The notes under the pieces were generated by a model. It was not told the DNA's origin and made no database searches. It saw nothing but the letters and a program-made list of their open reading frames with translations. From an uncultured Muribaculaceae bacterium (lineage in GTDB: Bacteria; Bacillota_I; Bacilli_A; RF39; UBA660), in the NCBI GenBank assembly GCA_964587565.1, contig CAZPLK010000002.1, positions 56,725-120,724 of the forward strand: a DNA stretch of 64,000 bases. The letters run 5' to 3'. Position numbers and translations under genes: made by a program. How positions within the stretch are numbered: the first letter of the stretch is position 1; every line of letters starts with the position of its first letter. Positions 38,729 to 48,497 of the stretch are shown piece by piece.

Positions 38729-38968
38729 ATGATTGGAAAAATCTTGAGAAAAATGCGCTTAGACAATAATTTCAGTCAAAACGAGTTAGCAAAGAAGCTA
38801 TTGGTAACACAAACAACCTTAAGTGGTTGGGAACGTAGTTATAGACAACCTACATTTGAATCAATAGAAAAAATTGCTAACTATTGTAATTATTCAATAA
38901 TTTTTAAAAATAACATTACAAACGAAATTATAGATTCTAAAACTATACTTAGAAATGATGAAAATTAA
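38729..38968 (+). CDS. XRE-family HTH transcriptional regulator, 79 aa
   Basis: HTH_3 pattern FSQNELAKKLLVTQTTLSGWERSYRQP. Stand-alone plus-strand gene. Confidence 0.75.
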   Translation: MIGKILRKMRLDNNFSQNELAKKLLVTQTTLSGWERSYRQPTFESIEKIANYCNYSIIFKNNITNEIIDSKTILRNDEN

Positions 38969-38980
38969 TTTTAAGTATTG

Positions 38981-39012
38981 AAAAACTCTACAAATCATGT
39001 AGAGTTTTTTTA
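38981..39012. terminator. Bidirectional terminator between the XRE gene and ftsK
   Basis: Stem AAAAACTCTAC/GTAGAGTTTTT (38981-38991 / 38999-39009) with A/T runs on both sides. Confidence 0.7.
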
Positions 39013-41214
39013 TTCATCAGATTCTAACTGATATAAAATTTCTCTTGGTCTTGGTCCATTACTAGGTCCTACTATACCTCTTTCTTCCATTAAGTCCATA
39101 ACTCTTGCTGCTCGGTTATATCCTATCCTAAATTGTCTTTGAATAAGTGATATACTTGCTCTATTATTTTTTATAACAAATTCTACAATTTCATTGTATA
39201 AAGGCTCTTCATCTGCACCTTGTTCATCAATCATTGTTGTAGCTCTTAATTCTTCTTCAGTCATTAAAAGTGTTTCATCATATCTTGCTTTTTGCTGTTC
39301 AACAGTATGGTCTACAACCTTTTTTATTTCTTCTTCAGATATAAATGTGCCTTGAATTCTTGTAGGAATATTTTCACCCATTGGTATAAAAAGCATATCG
39401 CCTCTTCCTAACAATTTTTCTGCACCAGACATATCTAAAATAGTTCTTGAATCTATTGCACTACTAACGGCGAAAGATATTCTAGATGGAATATTAGCTT
39501 TTATTAATCCAGTAATAACATCTGTAGAAGGCCTTTGAGTTGCAACAATTAAATGTATACCTGCCGCTCTTGCCATTTGAGTTATTCTAAGTATTGAATC
39601 TTCTACCTCTTTTGCAGCTACTAACATTAAATCAGACAATTCATCAATTATAGCCACTATATAAGGTAGTCTTTTTGCATCACCTTCACCTAAATTTTTA
39701 CCATGTTTTTTTTCTAAATATTTATTATACCCAGCAATATTTTTAGTACCACTTTCACTAAACAAATCGTAACGACGTTCCATTTCAGCAACTATTTTTT
39801 TAAGTGCAGTATTAGCTAAACGTGGATCTGTTACAACAGGGGCTAATAAATGTGGAACTCCGTTATACATGTTTAACTCGACCTTTTTGGGGTCTATTAA
39901 TAATAACTTTACTTCATCTGGCCTTGTTCTCATCAACAATGATACAATCATACTATTAACACATACGGATTTACCACTGCCAGTGGCACCAGCAACTAAT
40001 AAGTGAGGAGTTTTATTTATATCAAAATATATAGGTTTTCCCATAATATCTTTTCCAAGGGCAACAATTAATTTAGTATCATCTAATCTTTTTGGTATGT
40101 TTTCCAATATCTCTCTAACAGTTACCATCGAAATATGTTTATTAGGAAGTTCAATCCCTATTGTATTTTTGCCTGGTATTGGCGCTTGTATTCTTACATC
40201 TTTAGCAGCAAGTGCTAAAGATATTTCACGGTGAATACTTAATATTTTATTAACTTTTGTTCCGGCTTTGATTTCTAATTCATATTGGGTAACAGCTGGT
40301 CCAATATTTACAGCTACTACTTTACCATTAATATCAAAATCAGCTAAAACTTGTTCAAGTAACTTCATATTATCTTTTACTTCTTCATGATTTTTATTAG
40401 TTTTACCCTGGGTTGGCTTTGGTAATAAACTTAGTGGTGGAAAAACATATTTTTCACTAGTTTTATTTGTTAACTGTTCATCTTTAGAAGTTTCATCTAT
40501 AACTTCATTGTTAGTTTCCTTTGAAGTTTCACTATCATGAACATTTATTATTTCATCTACACTTGTAATAATAACCTTTTTATCTTTTTCAAAATTTGAT
40601 TCTGCTTTTTTTACTTCTTCAACTATTTTAGCATTCTTAAATTTAAAGATAATACTTTTAACTTTTTTATGTACAGAAGTTATAATATCAGAGACCGTAA
40701 TTTCAGTTAACATTATTAAACCACAAATAGCTAGCGCAAAAACGATAACTAAAGTTCCTTCATATGCAAATAAGTATACACTTATAATAGCAAATATCGC
40801 CCCTAAAATACCACCACCTTGAATTGAATCAACATTATTAATTGAAATCATAAAATTATCTGTAGTATTTAATAAAATATCAATACCTTTTAAATTTGTT
40901 TCTTGAATATATTTTATATGAGAATATAAAAGTATTGATATAACTAAAATATAAAAACCTAATGCTTTGATTGTAAAGTAATTTGGCCTTTCCCTTTTAA
41001 TCATAATGTAAACACCAATTATTAATACAAATGATAATAAAATTCCATACCAAGTGCCTACTAAAAAAGCTGCAAAAGCGGCGACAAAATTCCCAAACTT
41101 ACCATATTGTCCAAATCCAATTATTGATAAAATAATGTATAACAAACCTATTAAACCAGTTTGAAAACCAGTGTTACTTTTTTTAATATCCTTTTTTTTC
41201 TTTTTTTTGGCCAT
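39010..41214 (-). CDS. ftsK: DNA translocase FtsK/SpoIIIE
   Basis: Four N-terminal TM helices, a linker, the motor domain with Walker A GATGSGKS, and a C-terminal gamma winged-helix (QRQFRIGYNRAARVMD). Confidence 0.93.
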   Translation of the reverse strand: MAKKKKKKDIKKSNTGFQTGLIGLLYIILSIIGFGQYGKFGNFVAAFAAFLVGTWYGILLSFVLIIGVYIMIKRERPNYFTIKALGFYILVISILLYSHIKYIQETNLKGIDILLNTTDNFMISINNVDSIQGGGILGAIFAIISVYLFAYEGTLVIVFALAICGLIMLTEITVSDIITSVHKKVKSIIFKFKNAKIVEEVKKAESNFEKDKKVIITSVDEIINVHDSETSKETNNEVIDETSKDEQLTNKTSEKYVFPPLSLLPKPTQGKTNKNHEEVKDNMKLLEQVLADFDINGKVVAVNIGPAVTQYELEIKAGTKVNKILSIHREISLALAAKDVRIQAPIPGKNTIGIELPNKHISMVTVREILENIPKRLDDTKLIVALGKDIMGKPIYFDINKTPHLLVAGATGSGKSVCVNSMIVSLLMRTRPDEVKLLLIDPKKVELNMYNGVPHLLAPVVTDPRLANTALKKIVAEMERRYDLFSESGTKNIAGYNKYLEKKHGKNLGEGDAKRLPYIVAIIDELSDLMLVAAKEVEDSILRITQMARAAGIHLIVATQRPSTDVITGLIKANIPSRISFAVSSAIDSRTILDMSGAEKLLGRGDMLFIPMGENIPTRIQGTFISEEEIKKVVDHTVEQQKARYDETLLMTEEELRATTMIDEQGADEEPLYNEIVEFVIKNNRASISLIQRQFRIGYNRAARVMDLMEERGIVGPSNGPRPREILYQLESDE

Positions 41215-41263
41215 ATTTACCTCCTGATCACATATTAATTATACCATAAGTTTAAATAGTCAG

Positions 41264-41298
41264 CAATTAAAAACATTTGCTTTATACAGCAAATGTTT
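41264..41298 (-). terminator. Rho-independent terminator after the RDD gene
   Basis: Stem AAACATTTGC/GCAAATGTTT (41271-41280 / 41289-41298). The minus strand continues TTTTTAATT. Confidence 0.65.
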
Positions 41299-41303
41299 AG
41301 TTT

Positions 41304-41828
41304 TTATGTTTCTCTAAAAACATATGTATTAGCAATAATATCATGTAATGATTGTTTATGTTCATGAAATATAATTATTAAATATCCAACTCCTAAAGTT
41401 AAACATGTTAACAATTTATATATATTTCTTTTTAATGAAATTAATAAACTAATTGGTCTATTTAAACTATCTCCAACACTCATCTTAAAGAGCTGCTTTC
41501 CGATAGTTGCCTGTTTATCAGATATTTCAAAAGCAACATTATAAATAATCATTAAAATAACACCAAATACGTATAAAATTATTTTTAACGTTGATTCTTG
41601 AATTTTAAACATTTTTATAGGAATAAGTGCTACTAAAACAAATGAAATTACGGTCCAAATTATTAATATAATGAAAAAATCTATTAAAGTAGCAACAAAT
41701 CTGCTTAAAAAATCAGCATTATTAATTCTATTGAATTTTAATGATTCATCGATAACATTACCACAATTATTACATTTCATTTCAAAATTATTATTACCTG
41801 TTAAACAATTAGAACAAATTATTTCCAT
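41304..41828 (-). CDS. RDD-family membrane protein with N-terminal zinc-ribbon
   Basis: CSNC...CNNCG zinc ribbon, then an RDD-like segment (RFVATLIDFFII) and 3 TM helices. Confidence 0.7.
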   Translation of the reverse strand: MEIICSNCLTGNNNFEMKCNNCGNVIDESLKFNRINNADFLSRFVATLIDFFIILIIWTVISFVLVALIPIKMFKIQESTLKIILYVFGVILMIIYNVAFEISDKQATIGKQLFKMSVGDSLNRPISLLISLKRNIYKLLTCLTLGVGYLIIIFHEHKQSLHDIIANTYVFRET

Positions 41829-41837
41829 AAATTCACC

Positions 41838-43061
41838 TTATTTTTGTAATTGTTCTTCTATTCTTAGCAATTGATTATATTTACTTACCCTATCAGTTCT
41901 ACATAAAGATCCAGTCTTAATTTGACCCAAATCAAGCCCTACTGCAAAATCAGATATAAATGTATCTTCAGTTTCACCACTTCTGTGTGAAATTACTGTT
42001 TTATAATTATATTTTTTTGCAATATTAATTGTCTCAATCATTTCTGTAATAGTCCCTATTTGATTTGCTTTTAATAAAATAGAATTACAAACACCTTTAT
42101 CTATACCATCTAAAAATATTTCTTTGTTTGTAACAAACAAATCATCACCAACTAATTGAATATTACCTAACTTATTTGTCATTATTTTAAAACCTTCATA
42201 ATCATCTTCATGAAGACCGTCTTCAATTGATGTAATTGGATAATCATTGACTAATTCAACATAATAATCTACTAATTGTTCATTAGTTAATTTCTTGTTT
42301 TCGCTTTTCAGTACGTATAATCCATTTTCATAAAATTCACTTGCTGCAACATCTAGTGACAACGTAACATCTTCTTCTAATTTATAACCTGACTTCTTTA
42401 CCGCCTTACAAATCAAATCTAAAGCTTCACGATTACCCTTTAAATTAGGAGCAAAGCCACCTTCGTCTCCTACTGATGTATTATAGCCACCATCTTTTAA
42501 AACCTGTTTTAAAGTATGAAAAATTTCTGTTCCTATTCTAAGTCTTTCTTTAAAAGTAGAAGCGTGAGGTATAATCATAAATTCTTGGAAATCTAAGTTA
42601 TTATCAGCGTGTGCCCCACCATTAATTATATTCATCATCGCTTCTGGTAATGTGGTACCATCACCAATATAGCGATATAAAGGTATATCATTATATTTAG
42701 CTGCTGCTTTTAAGACTGCTAAAGAAACACCCAATGTCGCATTAGCACCTAATTTACTCTTATTAGGTGTACCATCTAAATTTATTAATATATTATCAAT
42801 CTCTTCTTGATTAGTTGCGTCTTGACCAATTAATTGTGGTTTAATTATCTTATTGACATTTTTAACTGCTTTTAAAACTCCTTTTCCATGATATCTTTTT
42901 TCGTTGTCCCGAAGCTCTAGTGCTTCTTTTGAACCTGTTGATGCTCCAGAAGGGACACTTGCTCTGCCCATAGTACCATTTTCTAAAATAACATCTACTT
43001 CAACTGTCGGATTCCCACGTGAATCCAATATTTCTCTTCCTACTATATTTGCTATTTTCAC
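41838..43061 (-). CDS. eno: Enolase (phosphopyruvate hydratase)
   Basis: [24 protein letters not shown] and KTGS..R.DR.(S/A)KYNQLLRIE motifs. GTG start with a GGAGG RBS. Slightly short (407 aa). Confidence 0.93.
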   Translation of the reverse strand: MKIANIVGREILDSRGNPTVEVDVILENGTMGRASVPSGASTGSKEALELRDNEKRYHGKGVLKAVKNVNKIIKPQLIGQDATNQEEIDNILINLDGTPNKSKLGANATLGVSLAVLKAAAKYNDIPLYRYIGDGTTLPEAMMNIINGGAHADNNLDFQEFMIIPHASTFKERLRIGTEIFHTLKQVLKDGGYNTSVGDEGGFAPNLKGNREALDLICKAVKKSGYKLEEDVTLSLDVAASEFYENGLYVLKSENKKLTNEQLVDYYVELVNDYPITSIEDGLHEDDYEGFKIMTNKLGNIQLVGDDLFVTNKEIFLDGIDKGVCNSILLKANQIGTITEMIETINIAKKYNYKTVISHRSGETEDTFISDFAVGLDLGQIKTGSLCRTDRVSKYNQLLRIEEQLQK

Positions 43062-43131
43062 TTTATCTATCCTCCTAATATACTTATATTATAACACTTC
43101 ATCATTGATTTATAAACTCTTTTAATATTAG

Positions 43132-43160
43132 TTGACATTATTTGCAATATATTTTAAAAT
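43132..43160 (+). promoter_or_regulatory. Sigma-A type promoter of the 158-aa hypothetical gene
   Basis: TTGACA (43132-43137), a 17-nt spacer, then TAAAAT (43155-43160). An AAAGGAG RBS precedes the ATG at 43184. Confidence 0.55.
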
Positions 43161-43183
43161 AAAGTTAATCAAAAGGAGTTAAT

Positions 43184-43660
43184 ATGAAAGAATTTAATGA
43201 ATCTGTTTTATCTTTTATTATTATAGGTGATAACAATAACAAGAAATTTGATGGTGTACTAAAATACAACGGTCAAAAAAGTGGCTTTTTCTATCACAGG
43301 GATTCTATTTGGGATTTAATTAGAAGTTTCAGAAATTTAGGTTATTATATTGATAATGTTAATAGCTCTATTATTACAGAAGCTGGTTATGATCTAATTA
43401 CTAAAGGTCATATTTTGTTTTGCAACTGTACTATAGATGATAATTATTTTGGTTATTTATTTTTACCTAATAAGTTAACAAATGGACAAATAGAAGCATT
43501 ACAAAAATTTGAAAATATATTAAATCAATTTGAAACTTTACATATTATGAAAGTAGATCCCAATAACTATGAATTTTTAAACTCAAACGAGCACTCTTAT
43601 AACTTTAATATTAAAGATCTAACAATAGAGGAAAAAAGCATAAAGCAAAATAAAATGTAG
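43184..43660 (+). CDS. Hypothetical protein, 158 aa, no recognised domain
   Basis: Good promoter, RBS and terminator. Plus-strand singleton between eno and murD. I recognise no motif. Confidence 0.55.
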   Translation: MKEFNESVLSFIIIGDNNNKKFDGVLKYNGQKSGFFYHRDSIWDLIRSFRNLGYYIDNVNSSIITEAGYDLITKGHILFCNCTIDDNYFGYLFLPNKLTNGQIEALQKFENILNQFETLHIMKVDPNNYEFLNSNEHSYNFNIKDLTIEEKSIKQNKM

Positions 43661-43680
43661 GTTACCCCTACATTTTTTAT
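43652..43680. terminator. Bidirectional terminator between the hypothetical gene and murD
   Basis: Stem AAAATGTAGG/CCTACATTTT (43652-43661 / 43667-43676) spanning the stop codons of both convergent genes. Confidence 0.65.
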
Positions 43681-44999
43681 TTTAAATTTTCAACAGCCGT
43701 TTTAAAATCCATTCCCCTTGTTTCAAAGTCTGCGTATTGATCCCATGATGCACATGCAGGACTTAATAGTACAACATCGCCGTCTTCAGATAAGTTATAA
43801 GCGGCTTTAACAGCATCAGGTAATTTTTCTAGTGCCACACAATCAATATTTATTTTAGTAGCAAACCTTTTAATTCTTTCTCTTGTTTCACCAAATGATA
43901 TTATCCCTCTCACATTTTTCAAATGACTTTCTAACTCATCAAATGAATGCCCCCTATCTAAACCGCCTAACAGCAAAATAATAGGTTTATCAAATGACGA
44001 TAGTGCCACTTGCGTTGATATAACATTTGTGGATTTGGAATCATTATAAAATTCCCTTCCATTTATTTTTTTTACATATTCAAGACGATGTTCAACACCA
44101 CTAAACCTTTTTAACACTTCTTTAATCATTTCATTTGTAACCCCAAATTGCTTTGAAGCAATTATACTACACATTATATTTTCGTAATTATGATTACCTT
44201 TTACTCTAATATCGTTTAAATTAATTATTAATTCATCATTATAATAAATAGAACTATTATGTATATATATATCACCTTTTACATTACTTGAAAAATAGAT
44301 TTTTTTAGGCTTAATATTCCCCACTATATCTTTATCATTCATATTAATAATAGCAACATCATCTTCTTTACAATTATTAAATATCATTAATTTATGTTTA
44401 ATATAGTTTTCATAAGTTTTAAAAAAATCTAAATGCGTTTCAGTTAAATTAGTAATCATTGCTATATTGGGGCGAAAGTTTTTAAAGTCATGCAATTGTT
44501 GTGCTGATATTTCAAGAACAACAATATCTGACTTTTGAATATTTGATAATATGGCACTAAATGGTATACCTATATTTCCACCAATATGTACCCTTTTACC
44601 TGTTTCCTTTATTAGTTCGTAAGTTAATGTTGTCGTTGTCGTTTTACCATTTGATCCAGTTATACCAATGATTTTTACATCATCAGGTAATAAATTATAC
44701 GCAACTTCCATTTCATTAACAACGCTTATATTTAATTTATTAGCATATAAAATACATTTGTGTTCATATGTTATTCCAGGATTTTTTATAACATAATCAA
44801 AAGTATCATCCAATACTTTTTCCGGCTCAGACGTTATAATAACTTTTGCTCCCATTTTTTTTAACTCTTCAACATGTTCCTTTTTTTGTTCCTTTGCATC
44901 AGTTATAACAACTTCGTTATTTCTATTCAATAAAACTTTAGCTACTTCATAGCCACTTCTTGCCATTCCTAAAATAAATATTTTGTTATTTTCATACAT
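43677..44999 (-). CDS. murD: UDP-N-acetylmuramoylalanine--D-glutamate ligase MurD
   Basis: GMARSG N-terminal Rossmann motif and the GSNGKTTT P-loop. ATG at 44999 follows GGAGGGTGA. Confidence 0.92.
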   Translation of the reverse strand: MYENNKIFILGMARSGYEVAKVLLNRNNEVVITDAKEQKKEHVEELKKMGAKVIITSEPEKVLDDTFDYVIKNPGITYEHKCILYANKLNISVVNEMEVAYNLLPDDVKIIGITGSNGKTTTTTLTYELIKETGKRVHIGGNIGIPFSAILSNIQKSDIVVLEISAQQLHDFKNFRPNIAMITNLTETHLDFFKTYENYIKHKLMIFNNCKEDDVAIINMNDKDIVGNIKPKKIYFSSNVKGDIYIHNSSIYYNDELIINLNDIRVKGNHNYENIMCSIIASKQFGVTNEMIKEVLKRFSGVEHRLEYVKKINGREFYNDSKSTNVISTQVALSSFDKPIILLLGGLDRGHSFDELESHLKNVRGIISFGETRERIKRFATKINIDCVALEKLPDAVKAAYNLSEDGDVVLLSPACASWDQYADFETRGMDFKTAVENLK

Positions 45000-45052
45000 A
45001 AATTCACCCTCCATTTATATTATATCACTTTATTTTTTAAAAGTTAATTAGA

Positions 45053-45087
45053 ACATAAAAAAGGTTTAAGAAATCCTTAAACCTTTT
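45053..45087 (-). terminator. Rho-independent terminator after the PNPOx-like gene
   Basis: Stem AAAAGGTTTAAG/CTTAAACCTTTT (45059-45070 / 45076-45087), followed by a T-run on the minus strand. Confidence 0.7.
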
Positions 45088-45093
45088 ATTTTA

Positions 45094-45507
45094 TTACTTT
45101 AATTCATCAACAGAAAACTTGAAAGATTTAAAGTTTGTATAAATATATACGTTTTTCGTTATAAAAGTAATTACTGAAAAATCATAAGGATCGTCATAAT
45201 CTATTTTATATAAATCCGCAACATCAAATTCCCTATTTTTCTCTACTACAAACTTACCTTCTAACATAACACTTTGATATTTATCTTTATGATAAAAATA
45301 AATTGAGCCTTTTGGCCTTATTTTCATTTGTTTTACTTTGTATGATTCAGTTCTTGTACTAAAGTAAAATTTTTCAAAGCCATCATGTTTCATTTTTGTT
45401 AACGCGCGTACATTAGCATAACCTCTTAAATTAACGTTTCCAACAATCGCAAATTTGTTATTATCAATTATTTCTTTTGCTAAATTAATCAAATCTTTTT
45501 TCGTCAT
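45094..45507 (-). CDS. Pyridoxamine 5'-phosphate oxidase-like FMN-binding split-barrel protein (general stress protein 26-like)
   Basis: Size and pattern (…FAIVGNV..GYANVRAL…FYFST.T.S.K..Q....P..SIYF…) resemble the PNPOx-like family. Assigned from memory only. Confidence 0.5.
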   Translation of the reverse strand: MTKKDLINLAKEIIDNNKFAIVGNVNLRGYANVRALTKMKHDGFEKFYFSTRTESYKVKQMKIRPKGSIYFYHKDKYQSVMLEGKFVVEKNREFDVADLYKIDYDDPYDFSVITFITKNVYIYTNFKSFKFSVDELK

Positions 45508-45518
45508 AATCCGCTCCT

Positions 45519-46172
45519 TTATAATTTTTTACCACATAAAAAACAAGTTTCCGCTGTGCTCAAGCACTTGTTACCACAATTTGAGCATAATTTATAATTT
45601 GATAAATCAACATGCTCTACAAGTTTTTCACGTTTAACTTCTTTGATTTGTTCACCTGGTTCACTTATAACAACAGTATTATCTTCAGCCGATTTATCAC
45701 TATCGTGCCATAAAGATTGTGCATGATTATCTACATCCAAATCTATTTCCATAATTTCAATCTCTTCTACTTCTATTAATTCTTCTTTTTGTTTTAAAGG
45801 TTTTTCTTTAGAAGAACTAACATTGAATTTATACTCGGATTTGCCGAATGCCAAAATAGGATAAAATATCAATGGTATAAACATCAGACCTAATCCAAAC
45901 GTAGCCCTTTTATTAAACGCCTTTGCTAATCTAATTGAAATTTTTATAGATAAAACAAAATTAACTATTGGTATAATACTCAATAAAAAAGCCCAATACG
46001 ATATGTTTGTTATTTTAAATAAAATCATCATATTATATATTGGAATGTATGCTATCCAACCTTTATACCCAGCCTTTTCATAAATTTTATAAATCGATAT
46101 TAAATTAATAACAACAACTGATATTAAAATAAAAATTCCAGCCCATATAAAGTAAAACATTTTCCACCTCAA
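45519..46172 (-). CDS. DUF5684-like membrane protein with C-terminal zinc-ribbon
   Basis: YKIYEKAGYKGWIAYIPIYNMMILFKI signature, 3-4 TM helices, an acidic linker, and a C-terminal CSNCGNKC...CFLCG. Confidence 0.6.
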   Translation of the reverse strand: MRWKMFYFIWAGIFILISVVVINLISIYKIYEKAGYKGWIAYIPIYNMMILFKITNISYWAFLLSIIPIVNFVLSIKISIRLAKAFNKRATFGLGLMFIPLIFYPILAFGKSEYKFNVSSSKEKPLKQKEELIEVEEIEIMEIDLDVDNHAQSLWHDSDKSAEDNTVVISEPGEQIKEVKREKLVEHVDLSNYKLCSNCGNKCLSTAETCFLCGKKL

Positions 46173-46217
46173 ACTTAATTACTTATTTTTTATATTATAT
46201 CACAACTTTAATAAAAT

Positions 46218-46688
46218 TCATTCCTTATTAATAAATCTCCCACAAATAATACACATTTCACTATTACAATCATATATACAATTTTCTTCTTTTTCATTAT
46301 ATATATTTTTTATATTTAATACGTCTTTAATATATTCTTCTAATTTAGTTATTGTATAACAAGATACGGCGTGTTTCATATTTTCTGAATCCATCTTGGC
46401 AATGTGTGGTTCAACCTTTAATATATCAATCATAAATTGCCTTAACACATTGTCTCTTCTAATTATGTCCTTGGCATATAATTGTCCTTTGTTTGTCACT
46501 TCAATGAGACCTTGTGGTTCGTATACTATTAATTTCAAGTCTCTTAAAGTTTTCAACGCTTTAACTACACTTGGTTTACTATAATTTAAATAGTCGGCAA
46601 TTTTAGTTATTGTTACCTCACCTTTAACAGATATTAAATAAATTGTTTTTAAATAATCTGCCTGTGAAGCGGTTAAGTTATTATTCAT
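46218..46688 (-). CDS. DtxR/MntR-family transcriptional regulator with C-terminal Cys cluster, coupled to the suf operon
   Basis: N-terminal wHTH ([13 protein letters not shown]...[15 protein letters not shown]) and a dimerisation helix region. C-terminal extension [16 protein letters not shown] (CX3CX4CX2C). The start ATG overlaps the sufB TGA (ATGA). Confidence 0.7.
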   Translation of the reverse strand: MNNNLTASQADYLKTIYLISVKGEVTITKIADYLNYSKPSVVKALKTLRDLKLIVYEPQGLIEVTNKGQLYAKDIIRRDNVLRQFMIDILKVEPHIAKMDSENMKHAVSCYTITKLEEYIKDVLNIKNIYNEKEENCIYDCNSEMCIICGRFINKE

Positions 46689-48064
46689 CCAATTGAACCT
46701 TCCATTTCCATTTTTAACAGTTGGTTTAATTCTACTGCGTACTCCATAGGCAATTCTTTAGTGAAAGGTTCAATAAAACCCATTACAATCATTTCGTTCG
46801 CTTCATCAAATGTTAAGCCACGACTCATTATATAATACAATAGCTCCTCAGAAATCTTAGATACTTTCGCTTCATGTTCTAAAATAGAAGTACCATTTTT
46901 TACAACATTGAGTGGAATAGTATCAGACTTTGATAAATTATCTAATATTAGTGTATCACATTGCACTGTTGTTTTAGAATTATGTGCCTCTTTAGAATGA
47001 TGTATAAGACCACGATAAGTAGCATTACCTCCGTTTTTGGCAATTGATTTAGATATAATGTTAGATTGAGTATTTGGAGCCAAATGTATCATTTTAGCAC
47101 CAGCATCTTGAATTTGATTTTTATTAGATACAGCAATTGATATAGTTGTTCCAATCGCACCTTCTCCTTTTAAAATAACAGAAGGATATTTCATGTTAAT
47201 TTTAGATCCTAAATTGCCATCTATCCATTCCATAATTGCACCTTCTTCACATATAGCACGTTTTGTAACTAAGTTATATACGTTACTTGACCAATTTTGG
47301 ATTGCAGTATATCTACATTTAGCACCTTTTTTTACATATATCTCAACAACTGCTGCATGAAGCGAATCATTTGAATAAATCGGTGCTGTACAACCTTCAA
47401 TATAAGTTACCTCGGCCCCTTCATCTACTATTATTAATGTTCTTTCAAATTGTCCCATTTTATCTGAATTTATTCTAAAATAAGATTGTAACGGTTTTTC
47501 TAATTTAACACCTTTTGGAACATAAATAAAAGAACCGCCTGAAAAAACAGCACTGTTTAGAGCAGAATACTTGTTATCATTGCTAGGAACTAATTTCCCA
47601 AAATATTTTCTAACTAAATTAGGATATAATTTAATGGCACTATCAGTATCTAAAAAGATTACGCCTTTTTCTTTTAGTTCTTTTTCTAAATTATGATATA
47701 CGACTTCGGATTCATATTGTGTGGCTACTCCAGATAAATATTTATTTTCTGCTTCTATTATACCAATTCTATCAAATGTATCTTTAATAGATGCAGGAAC
47801 TTCATCCCAACTTTGCTCAACTTTTTTACTAGCTTTTAAATAATAATATATATCATTAAAATCTATATCATTTAAATTAGGCCCCCATGTAGGATTTGGT
47901 ATTTCTAAAAATTGTTCATAAGCCTTTAATCTGTAATCTAACATCCAATCAGGTTCTTTTTTTAATTTGGATATTTGACAAACCGTTTCCTTTGTTAATC
48001 CTTTTTCTAACTTTAAAACTTGCACATCACCATCATTAAAGCCGTATTGATATTTATCGTTCAT
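46685..48064 (-). CDS. sufB: Fe-S cluster assembly protein SufB
   Basis: Full-length SufB pattern (…YRGL.H…, C-terminal [16 protein letters not shown]). The start is either the ATG at 48064 or the GTG at 48073. Confidence 0.92.
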   Translation of the reverse strand: MNDKYQYGFNDGDVQVLKLEKGLTKETVCQISKLKKEPDWMLDYRLKAYEQFLEIPNPTWGPNLNDIDFNDIYYYLKASKKVEQSWDEVPASIKDTFDRIGIIEAENKYLSGVATQYESEVVYHNLEKELKEKGVIFLDTDSAIKLYPNLVRKYFGKLVPSNDNKYSALNSAVFSGGSFIYVPKGVKLEKPLQSYFRINSDKMGQFERTLIIVDEGAEVTYIEGCTAPIYSNDSLHAAVVEIYVKKGAKCRYTAIQNWSSNVYNLVTKRAICEEGAIMEWIDGNLGSKINMKYPSVILKGEGAIGTTISIAVSNKNQIQDAGAKMIHLAPNTQSNIISKSIAKNGGNATYRGLIHHSKEAHNSKTTVQCDTLILDNLSKSDTIPLNVVKNGTSILEHEAKVSKISEELLYYIMSRGLTFDEANEMIVMGFIEPFTKELPMEYAVELNQLLKMEMEGSIG

Positions 48065-48497
48065 CTTGATCACTCAACATTTCATTTAAAGCCTGATACC
48101 CTAATGTCGCGCATTTTATCCTTGGTGGAACATTAATTATTCCTTTTAAGCTAATAGCATCGCCCAATAGTTTCTCATCATATTCAGAACCTGTAATCAT
48201 ATTATTAAAATTTTCAATAATTTCTTTAGTTTCTTTTAATGTTTTACCAATTAATAATTCACTCATCATTGATACGCTAGAACAACAAATAGAGCAACCA
48301 CTTACTTTATAACTAACATCTTTAATTGTTTTATTATTATCATCAAACAATATGTATAATGTTAATTCATCTCCACATGATGGGTTTTTCAAATGATTAT
48401 TTTTATAACAGCAAGTTACTCTTTTTTTGTTTCTAGGATTTTTTACATGATCCATTATTATATCCCTATACATTTGTTCTTCATCAAAATAAGACAT
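48054..48497 (-). CDS. sufU: SUF-system Fe-S scaffold/sulfur acceptor SufU (IscU-like)
   Basis: [14 protein letters not shown], and a conserved Cys triad including CATL-type C-terminal Cys. Located between sufS and sufB. Confidence 0.9.
   Translation of the reverse strand: MSYFDEEQMYRDIIMDHVKNPRNKKRVTCCYKNNHLKNPSCGDELTLYILFDDNNKTIKDVSYKVSGCSICCSSVSMMSELLIGKTLKETKEIIENFNNMITGSEYDEKLLGDAISLKGIINVPPRIKCATLGYQALNEMLSDQDER

Noticed and set aside
38729-38968. Two small XRE regulators (38729-38968 and 61725-61946) as markers of a prophage or toxin-antitoxin module
   Set aside because: No adjacent integrase, recombinase, toxin-sized partner ORF, phage structural genes or flanking direct repeats are present. 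Both are singletons within housekeeping runs.
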